Positions 55,341-61,508 of a stretch of 61,508 bases of DNA are shown here, in pieces. How positions within the stretch are numbered: position 1 is the stretch's first letter; the number at the start of each line of letters is the position of its first letter. The position numbers and the translations under genes were made by a program. Origin of the DNA: Rhodobacterales bacterium (GTDB lineage Bacteria; Pseudomonadota; Alphaproteobacteria; Rhodobacterales; Rhodobacteraceae); NCBI GenBank assembly GCA_031396505.1, contig JANNKX010000108.1, positions 1 to 61,508 of the forward strand. Direction: 5' to 3'. A model generated the notes under the pieces. The model searched no databases. It was not told the origin of the DNA and saw only the letters and a program-made list of their open reading frames with translations.

Positions 55341-56140
55341 TCGCCCTCCTTGTCGATGCGATACCAGCCTGTAATGATCGACCTCAGCTCGTTGATCGGC
55401 CCGGCGGCCAGGATCATCAGCATGTGGATGACAAAGAACCCGACCAGCCCCACCATGACCAGAAAATGCACCGTCCGCGCCGTCTGCCGCCCGCCGAACA
55501 AATCCAGCATCCAGGGGGCCGTCGCGTTGAACGATGGCGACATCACAAGTCCGGTCAGGATCATCAGCGGCAGCGCCACGAACAACACCGACGCATAGGC
55601 CAGCTTTTGCAGCACACTATAACTTCGCGCATGATGAAAGCGCAGCCGCGCATGGTTTGCGATGTCGCGGGGCAAGCCGCGCAGATCACTGATCGTCGGG
55701 ATCAGGTCCCGCAAATGCCCGTTCAGCAGCGACGCCAGCGCCCACACCGCCAGCGTGATGACCAGCACCCAGGCAAAGAAGAAATGGATCACCCGCCCCA
55801 GGGCCAGGCTCTGCCCCGACGGGATCGTCGCCCATGCCGGAAACGCCCGCGCCGCATCGCCCGACACGCCAAGGATGCCGGTCGTGTCCACCTCCCACCC
55901 ACCAATCCGGGTGATCCCGCGCAGCACCTCACCGTCCTGTTCCGCACGGATCGCCAGAATGGAATTGTCGTAGTCGATGCCCGACTCGATCCCGATATGC
56001 AGCGACGGGAAGGCGTTGAATATCTGCAACCCGGTCAGCAGCAGAAAGAACAGGCTCACCGCCCAGATCCCGTGCGTGATCCGCGTCCAGATACGTTGCC
56101 GATAGATAAGCGGTCCCTGCGCCATGGTGATCCCTGTCAC
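55337..56140 (-). CDS. Membrane b-type cytochrome (cytochrome b561/PF01292-like) partner
   Basis: 267 aa. Four or more TM helices with conserved His residues (ITHGIW, VIHFFFAW, VHFLVMV). 4-nt overlap with the molybdoenzyme gene. Confidence 0.65.
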   Translation of the reverse strand: MTGITMAQGPLIYRQRIWTRITHGIWAVSLFFLLLTGLQIFNAFPSLHIGIESGIDYDNSILAIRAEQDGEVLRGITRIGGWEVDTTGILGVSGDAARAFPAWATIPSGQSLALGRVIHFFFAWVLVITLAVWALASLLNGHLRDLIPTISDLRGLPRDIANHARLRFHHARSYSVLQKLAYASVLFVALPLMILTGLVMSPSFNATAPWMLDLFGGRQTARTVHFLVMVGLVGFFVIHMLMILAAGPINELRSIITGWYRIDKEGE

Positions 56141-56211
56141 TTTCCGGTTGTGACGCAGCTACGCCAAAGGGACTTGCAGAGTTTCACCATGGCGTTCGTC
56201 ATGGTGATGCG

Positions 56212-56255
56212 ATGTAGATGGAATAAAGATGGAATGTAGATGGAATGTAGATCGC
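56212..56255. repeat. 4 x 11-bp tandem direct repeat (ATGTAGATGGA-type)
   Basis: ATGTAGATGGA / ATAAAGATGGA / ATGTAGATGGA / ATGTAGATCGC read head to tail in the cytochrome-b/accD divergent spacer. Confidence 0.85.
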
Positions 56256-56346
56256 CGGTTGCGGCCCCTTTGCCGTCCGGCGATTGCAATTCCAGCGGGG
56301 CCGCACTATCTGGGATCAGCCGCGCGGTCATCAAAGCAAGGGCCCC

Positions 56347-57288
56347 ATGAACTGGATTTCCAACTACGTCCGCCCCAAGATCAACTCGCTGTTTTCCCGC
56401 CGCGAGGTGCCCGAAAATCTGTGGACCAAGTGCCCGGAATGCGGAACCATGCTGTTTCACCGCGAACTCGCATTGAACCTGCATGTCTGTTCGAACTGCG
56501 ATCATCACATGGCGATCACCCCGCGCGATCGGTTCAAGGCCTTGTTTGATCTGGGTATTTTTGCCGAAGTCAAGGTACCGGAACCCTTGGTAGACCCCCT
56601 GCAATTCCGCGATCAGAAGAAGTACACGGAACGTCTGAAGGCTGCGCAAAAGGCCAGCGGTGAAAAAGAGGCGATGCTGGTCGCCGAAGGTGAAATGGGT
56701 CGTACCCCGATCATCGCCGTCGGTCAGGATTTCAGCTTTATTGCAGGCTCCATGAGCATGTATGTCGGCAACGCCATCATTGCCGCTGCGGAACGCGCCA
56801 TCAAGATGAAGCGCCCCTTGATCCTGTTCACCGCAAGCGGTGGTGCCCGCATGCAAGAAGGAATCCTGTCCCTGATGCAGATGCCCCGCACCACTGTCGC
56901 CGTGCAGATGCTGCGCGAGGCGGGCTTGCCCTATATCGTCGTGCTGACCCATCCCACCACGGGTGGTGTGACGGCGTCGTATGCCATGCTAGGTGATGTG
57001 CAAATCGCCGAACCGAACGCGCTGATCTGCTTTGCCGGCCCCCGCGTCATCGAACAGACGATCCGAGAAAAGCTGCCCGAAGGGTTCCAGAAGGCCGAAT
57101 ACCTGCTGGATCACGGTATGCTTGACCGTGTCACGCATCGCAAATCCCTGCGCGACGAGTTGATCACCATCACCCGTTTGTTGATGGGCCAACCCCCCGC
57201 CGTGCGCGGCGACTTGCCCGCACCCGGTACGCCGGATACACCCGAACCCAACGGACCAGCGCCCGCGATGGTTCAGGCAAAGGTCTGA
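56347..57288 (+). CDS. accD: Acetyl-CoA carboxylase carboxyltransferase beta subunit
   Basis: ATG 56347 gives MNWISNYVRPKI... with zinc ribbon CPECGTMLFHRELALNLHVCSNCDHH and a carboxyltransferase domain (GGARMQEG). Confidence 0.95.
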   Translation: MNWISNYVRPKINSLFSRREVPENLWTKCPECGTMLFHRELALNLHVCSNCDHHMAITPRDRFKALFDLGIFAEVKVPEPLVDPLQFRDQKKYTERLKAAQKASGEKEAMLVAEGEMGRTPIIAVGQDFSFIAGSMSMYVGNAIIAAAERAIKMKRPLILFTASGGARMQEGILSLMQMPRTTVAVQMLREAGLPYIVVLTHPTTGGVTASYAMLGDVQIAEPNALICFAGPRVIEQTIREKLPEGFQKAEYLLDHGMLDRVTHRKSLRDELITITRLLMGQPPAVRGDLPAPGTPDTPEPNGPAPAMVQAKV

Positions 57289-57290
57289 TC

Positions 57291-58565
57291 TTGAACGATA
57301 AATCAGGGTCCGATATAATCCTTGAACGGATGATGACCCTTCACCCCAAGGTCATCGACCTGACGCTTGGCCGGATGCACCGTCTCCTGGCCGCCCTTGG
57401 CAACCCTGAAAGATCCATCCCCCCCGTGATCCACATTGCGGGCACCAATGGCAAAGGCAGCACCCAAGCCATGATCCGCGCGGGGCTGGAGTCGGGCGGG
57501 GACCTTGTCCACGCCTATACCTCGCCACACCTTGCCCGGTTCCACGAACGCATCCGCCTTGCGGGCGCGCTGATTTCAGAACCCGCGCTGACAACCCTGC
57601 TTGACGAATGTGTGCAGGCAAATGGCCCTGATTCTATTACATTTTTCGAAATCACGACCGCCGCCGCCTTCCTCGCTTTCGCGCGCACCCGTGCAGATTG
57701 GACCCTGCTAGAGGTCGGTCTTGGCGGGCGGTTGGATGCGACCAATGTCGTGACACCACACCTGACCATTATCACACCCGTGTCGATCGACCATCAGCAA
57801 TATCTTGGCGACACCCTCGCGGAAATTGCGGGCGAAAAAGCGGGTATCATCAAACGCGGCGTTCCTGTCATCGTTGGCCCGCAAACCGATGACGGGCTCG
57901 CTGTGATCGAGGCGCGTGCCGTCCGCTTGGGTGCGCCGATCTTGGCATATGGGCAGCACTGGCATGTGACTGAAGATCGCAACCGTCTGATTTTCCAAGA
58001 TGAAAACGGGCTTCTTGACCTTCCCTTGCCCAACCTGCCCGGCCCGCATCAGATCCAGAATGCTGGTGCCGCCATCGCCGCCCTGCGCCATCTGGGACGT
58101 GATGAGGCCGCGTGTGAGGCGGCCGTGACCCGTGCGTTCTGGCCCGCACGGATGCAGCGCCTGCGGACAGGTCCATTGGTGAACAGCGCCCCCGCTATCG
58201 AACTTTGGCTTGATGGCGGGCATAATCCAGCCGGGGGTGCGGCCATCGCGGCCACCCTCGCGCGCATGCCAAAGCGCGCCACGTATCTGATCTGTGGGAT
58301 GCTGAACACCAAGGACGTGCGCGGCTATATGACCCCGCTTGCGCCGCATATCACCGGCCTGTATGCGGTCTCTATTCCTGGTGAAAACAACACGTTACCT
58401 TCTGAGGCAACCTGTGGTGCCGCCATCGCGGCGGGGATGTCTGCGGCGACGGCCGATAGCGTCGCAGGGGCGCTGCAGGCAATCGCCTGCAACGCGCCGG
58501 ATGCGCGGGTGTTGATCTGTGGGTCACTTTATCTGGCAGGGTCGGTCCTGCGCGAAAACGGATAG
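57291..58565 (+). CDS. folC: Bifunctional folylpolyglutamate synthase/dihydrofolate synthase
   Basis: 424 aa. Mur-ligase P-loop IAGTNGKGS and the conserved accD-folC gene pair. The start is a TTG. Confidence 0.9.
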   Translation: MNDKSGSDIILERMMTLHPKVIDLTLGRMHRLLAALGNPERSIPPVIHIAGTNGKGSTQAMIRAGLESGGDLVHAYTSPHLARFHERIRLAGALISEPALTTLLDECVQANGPDSITFFEITTAAAFLAFARTRADWTLLEVGLGGRLDATNVVTPHLTIITPVSIDHQQYLGDTLAEIAGEKAGIIKRGVPVIVGPQTDDGLAVIEARAVRLGAPILAYGQHWHVTEDRNRLIFQDENGLLDLPLPNLPGPHQIQNAGAAIAALRHLGRDEAACEAAVTRAFWPARMQRLRTGPLVNSAPAIELWLDGGHNPAGGAAIAATLARMPKRATYLICGMLNTKDVRGYMTPLAPHITGLYAVSIPGENNTLPSEATCGAAIAAGMSAATADSVAGALQAIACNAPDARVLICGSLYLAGSVLRENG

Positions 58566-58574
58566 CGGTGCGAT

Positions 58575-59192
58575 CTATCCCTTGACGCCATACCGCGCCA
58601 GAAACAATTCAACTGCCCCCTTGACCACGCGCGCACGCTCTTCGACAGTCGCAGGGGGGCCAACACCAAACAATGCACGCGGAAATACGTCAGCCTTGCA
58701 CAGTTCGATGAACTGATCAGCAGCCAGTTCCTTGTCCGGAACAGCCAAATCGCAACAGGCCTCGGCATCATGCAGGTAGGTAATCATCCTTTGCCGCGCG
58801 AGTGCGGGCCCCGATTCAAAGAACTGCTGCCCGATTTCTGGAAAGCGATCACTTTCTGCGGCGCAAACCCGGTAGACCCGCAGAAAGAACGGCGACAGAA
58901 AGAACTCCACCAGCTTGTCACCCGCAACCGTCAAAACGGTCACGGGGTCGTGCATGTCACCAATCAGGGCCTCGGCCTCCATCGTCTGGCGTTCGCATTC
59001 GGCGCGCGCCACTTCGATGAACAACAGGCGTTTGTCGGGGAAATAGCTGTAAAGCGTTGCCTTTGACACATTCGCTTCGCGCGCAATGTCGTCAACCGAC
59101 GCCCCTTCAAAGCCATCACGCATGAACACGCTGCGCGCGCCTTCCAGAACTTGTGCGAATTTTCGGCCCTTGCGAATGATCGGCTGGTTCAT
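58575..59192 (-). CDS. TetR-family transcriptional regulator
   Basis: ATG 59192 gives MNQPIIRKGRKFAQVLEGARSVFMRDGFEGASVDDIAREANVSKATLYSYF (TetR HTH). Confidence 0.9.
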   Translation of the reverse strand: MNQPIIRKGRKFAQVLEGARSVFMRDGFEGASVDDIAREANVSKATLYSYFPDKRLLFIEVARAECERQTMEAEALIGDMHDPVTVLTVAGDKLVEFFLSPFFLRVYRVCAAESDRFPEIGQQFFESGPALARQRMITYLHDAEACCDLAVPDKELAADQFIELCKADVFPRALFGVGPPATVEERARVVKGAVELFLARYGVKG

Positions 59193-59245
59193 GTGGCCCC
59201 CCCGTTTCAGCATAGAAGGGGCGGGCCACAGCGGCAAGGGATGCG

Positions 59246-59413
59246 TCAGTTGCCGGGTTGGCCGGCCGTTGACAGGGTCGCCGGGGCTGTTGTGCCTTGG
59301 CTGACGGTGCTGTCTGGGAAGGTCAGGTTGGGCATGGAAATGTCGATACCAAAGGCAAATGCGGGCGCAGACAGAACCGCAAGAATAGCTGCAAGAGGGG
59401 CGATGCGCTTCAT
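59246..59413 (-). CDS. Small (55 aa) putative secreted peptide, below the ORF-track length cutoff
   Basis: Hand translation of the minus strand gives MKRIAPLAAILAVLSAPAFAFGIDISMPNLTFPDSTVSQGTTAPATLSTAGQPGN*. AGGAG lies 7 nt upstream of the ATG. Signal-peptide-like N-terminus. Sits 53 nt upstream of tetR on the same strand. Confidence 0.4.
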   Translation of the reverse strand: MKRIAPLAAILAVLSAPAFAFGIDISMPNLTFPDSTVSQGTTAPATLSTAGQPGN

Positions 59414-59429
59414 TTCATTCTCCTATTTT

Positions 59430-59505
59430 CGAACCGTTTGGTTCATAAAGACCATATGAACCGATTCGTTCAGTATTTCAAGAAGAAAGTGAACCGATCG
59501 GTTCA
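59430..59505. promoter_or_regulatory. Three related 16-bp palindromic operator-like sites (TGAACC-N4-GGTTCA type)
   Basis: CGAACCGTTTGGTTCA (59430-59445), TGAACCGATTCGTTCA (59457-59472) and perfect TGAACCGATCGGTTCA (59490-59505), in the spacer between the small-ORF/tetR unit and mbfA. Confidence 0.6.
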
Positions 59506-59540
59506 TATAAACGGCTTGCTGTGCCTGTGCGGGCCGCTAC

Positions 59541-59557
59541 ATTAGAACCATTCCAAA
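59541..59557. promoter_or_regulatory. Iron-control-element (ICE)-like box, candidate Irr site
   Basis: ATTAGAA-CCA-TTCCAAA matches TTTAGAA-N3-TTCTAAA at 12 of 14 specified positions. Ends 13 nt upstream of the mbfA-like ATG. Confidence 0.4.
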
Positions 59558-59570
59558 AGAGTATCCGAAC

Positions 59571-60548
59571 ATGATCGCAGCCTTTACAAACCGGCGTCGT
59601 TTTTCCGACCTGTCCGAACAGGAAATCCTGGCACTTGCCATCTCGTCCGAAGAGGACGATGCGCGGATTTATCGCAGCTTTGCCGAAATGCTCCGTGCGG
59701 ACTTTGCGGCCTCGGCGGCGGTCTTCGACGGCATGGCGGTTGAAGAGGATGGGCATCGCAAACGATTGATTGATTTACATCGCAGCCGGTTTGGCGACGT
59801 GATTCCCTTGATCCGGCGCGAACATGTGGCGGGGTACTATGCGCGCCAGCCGGTCTGGTTGACGCAAAACCTTGGACTGGACCGTATCCGGGGCGAGGCG
59901 CATGCGATGGAACGTGCGGCGCGCGATTTTTATGAACGCGCAACCGCACGGGCGAGTGACGCCGCCACGCGCAAATTGCTGGGCGATCTGGCGGCGGCCG
60001 AGGCTGGCCATGAACGAAAGGCCGATGCGCTGACGGCCGATGCGCTGCCCGAGGATGCCCGCGCGTCCGAGGATGAAACGGCAAATCGTCAATTCATCCT
60101 GACATGGGTACAGCCGGGGCTGGCGGGGCTGATGGACGGGTCGGTATCGACGCTTGCCCCGATTTTTGCGACCGCTTTCGCAACGCAGGATACCTGGACG
60201 ACGTTTCTGGTGGGGCTTGCTGCGTCGGTGGGTGCGGGCATTTCGATGGGGTTCACCGAGGCCGCGCATGATGACGGGGTGCTGTCTGGGCGGGGGTCGC
60301 CCTTGAAACGGGGGCTTGCGTCCGGGGTGATGACGACGGTGGGGGGGTTGGGGCATGCGTTGCCCTATCTGATCCCGGATTTCTGGACGGCGACGATCAC
60401 CGCGATGGTGGTCGTGTTCGTGGAGCTTTGGGCGATTGCCTGGATTCAGAACCGCTATATGCAGACACCCTTCCTGCGCGCGGCTTTTCAGGTGGTGCTG
60501 GGCGGCGCGTTGGTGTTTGCTGCGGGGGTATTCATCGGGGGTGGGTGA
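59571..60548 (+). CDS. mbfA: Membrane-bound ferritin-like/VIT1 fusion protein (MbfA-type iron exporter)
   Basis: 325 aa. N-terminal erythrin/ferritin-like domain with two E...ExxH pairs (EEDDARIY...EEDGHRKR; ERAARDFY...EAGHERK), then a C-terminal CCC1/VIT1 membrane domain. Confidence 0.8.
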   Translation: MIAAFTNRRRFSDLSEQEILALAISSEEDDARIYRSFAEMLRADFAASAAVFDGMAVEEDGHRKRLIDLHRSRFGDVIPLIRREHVAGYYARQPVWLTQNLGLDRIRGEAHAMERAARDFYERATARASDAATRKLLGDLAAAEAGHERKADALTADALPEDARASEDETANRQFILTWVQPGLAGLMDGSVSTLAPIFATAFATQDTWTTFLVGLAASVGAGISMGFTEAAHDDGVLSGRGSPLKRGLASGVMTTVGGLGHALPYLIPDFWTATITAMVVVFVELWAIAWIQNRYMQTPFLRAAFQVVLGGALVFAAGVFIGGG

Positions 60549-61234
60549 TGTATCGCAAGGGTGAAGTCAGCTACCAGGCGCTGCCGCTGCCGGATTACGT
60601 GGCGCGCGATGATGCGATCGGGGCGGCTGACGCGTTTCTGACTTATATGCGCAAGCGGCATTCGGTGCGGCAGTATTCCACGCGGCCCGTGCCCGAAGCC
60701 GTGATTGCGGCCTGCATCGCGGCGGCGGGGACGGCACCCAGCGGGGCGAACCACCAGCCCTGGCACTTCGTCGCCATCTCGGACCCGGCGATGAAGGCGC
60801 AAATCCGCGAACGCGCGGAGGAGGAGGAGCGCGCGTTTTATTCAGGCGGGGCGGGGGACGAGTGGCTGGCGGCACTGGAGCCGATTGGCACGGGTGTTTC
60901 CAAACCGCACCTGACGGATGCGCCGTGGTTGATCGTGGTTTTTGCGCAGCGTTATGGCGTGACCGATGACGGGGACCGCTACAAGAATTACTATGTGCCT
61001 GAATCGGTGGGCATCGCGACCGGATTCCTGATTGCGGCACTGCACCACGCGGGATTGGTGTGTCTGGAACATACGCCGAACCCGATGAAGTTTCTGAACG
61101 AGTTGTGCCAGCGGCCCGCGCATGAAAAGCCGGTGATGATCTTGCCCCTTGGCTATCCGGCAGACGATGCGACGGTGCCTGCGGTGGCGAAAAGGAAGAA
61201 ACCACTGGCGCAGATCATGTCAGTATTTCGGTAG
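60548..61234 (+). CDS. Nitroreductase-family flavoprotein
   Basis: ATG 60548 overlaps the mbfA stop (ATGA). RHSVRQY and SGANHQPWHFV blocks are typical of the NADH oxidase/nitroreductase fold. Confidence 0.8.
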   Translation: MYRKGEVSYQALPLPDYVARDDAIGAADAFLTYMRKRHSVRQYSTRPVPEAVIAACIAAAGTAPSGANHQPWHFVAISDPAMKAQIRERAEEEERAFYSGGAGDEWLAALEPIGTGVSKPHLTDAPWLIVVFAQRYGVTDDGDRYKNYYVPESVGIATGFLIAALHHAGLVCLEHTPNPMKFLNELCQRPAHEKPVMILPLGYPADDATVPAVAKRKKPLAQIMSVFR

Positions 61235-61254
61235 AAATTGACGGCTGTCAATTT
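61235..61254 (+). terminator. Weak intrinsic-terminator-like hairpin after the nitroreductase gene
   Basis: AAATTGAC-GGCT-GTCAATTT followed by TT, immediately after the stop. Stem is AT-rich and only 8 bp. Confidence 0.35.
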
Positions 61255-61346
61255 TTGACTTTATTCAATGAAATCAAAGAAACTATGCCAAAATGGGCGC
61301 AGATCGTTAACGCGCTTGAAACATAACGTGATCGATTGTGTCAACT

Positions 61347-61508
61347 TCAGTTTACACTTCTCGTCGCCCACGCCCGGCGAATGTAATCCGCCGTCATCAG
61401 ATCAAGATGCGCGCCGCCGCCGTTTTTGGCGATTGTAATTTCGTCATCCGAACGCCGCACGAACAGGGCCGGATCATCATAGAAATCGGCAATCACGTCG
61501 GCTTCGGT
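61347..61508 (-). CDS. 3' end of an unidentified CDS running in from the right window edge
   Basis: Minus-strand frame is open from 61508 to TGA at 61347-61349 (...TEADVIADFYDDPALFVRRSDDEITIAKNGGGAHLDLMTADYIRRAWATRSVN*). Codon usage resembles neighbouring genes. No family recognised. Confidence 0.4.
   Translation of the reverse strand, partial: TEADVIADFYDDPALFVRRSDDEITIAKNGGGAHLDLMTADYIRRAWATRSVN

Noticed and set aside
61255-61346. 19-codon ORF (MKSKKLCQNGRRSLTRLKH) and AT-rich spacer after the nitroreductase terminator-like hairpin
   Set aside because: It is too short, has no SD and has no recognisable features. It is more likely plain intergenic DNA between convergent genes.
1-61508. Search by eye for rRNA, tRNA, CRISPR arrays, prophage or defence-system genes
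   Set aside because: The intergenic spacers are short, mostly under 160 bp, and none shows tRNA-like cloverleaf arms or repeat-spacer periodicity. Every large ORF is accounted for by metabolic, flagellar, secretion or regulatory families. Absence cannot be proven without tRNAscan/Infernal/HMM runs.

Overview
This is a GC-rich, almost fully coding chromosomal window. By gene content and order it looks alphaproteobacterial, of the Rhodobacterales/roseobacter type, but that is inference because no search was possible.

Layout:
(1) 1-4875: opgC-opgG-opgH operon for osmoregulated periplasmic glucans, plus a translationally coupled secreted esterase.
(2) 4861-12976: small catabolic island with a Tm-1-like ATP-binding protein, an aldehyde dehydrogenase, the TctCBA tripartite tricarboxylate transporter, an IclR regulator and a class-III aminotransferase.
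(3) 12969-18774, minus strand: flgE-flgK-flgL-flgI, with motB upstream.
(4) 18893-26804, minus strand: complete type I secretion operon (1059-aa Ig-repeat adhesin, TolC, ABC exporter with C39-like domain, HlyD adaptor).
(5) 27125-31468: GntR regulator, class-I amidotransferase-like hydrolase, cytochrome P450, glutamine-synthetase-like ligase and 2Fe-2S ferredoxin.
(6) 31520-50285: the rest of the flagellar superlocus. It holds fliF-fliH-like-fliN-fliP; fliL through motA, flhA, fliR and flhB; flgB-flgC-fliE-fliQ-flgF-flgG-flgA-flgH plus a FliL-like gene; and fliI.
(7) 50282-61508: Lrp/HppD, a NarL-type two-component pair with a small secreted protein, a molybdoenzyme/cytochrome b pair, accD-folC, TetR, mbfA-like iron exporter plus nitroreductase, and a truncated ORF at the right edge.

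I saw no rRNA, tRNA, CRISPR, transposase, integrase or phage genes.

Most noteworthy:
- A 12.6-kb non-flagellar block splits the flagellar locus.
- Within that block, the cassette at 27125-31468 looks like a gamma-glutamyl-shielded amine hydroxylation pathway.
- A 688-aa signal-peptide protein is translationally coupled to motA, downstream of a MotE-like gene.
- Three near-consensus CtrA-type boxes sit at flagellar promoters.
- Several unexplained palindromes and tandem repeats lie in intergenic DNA.

All functional calls rest on motif and family recognition by eye. None was verified by BLAST or HMM.
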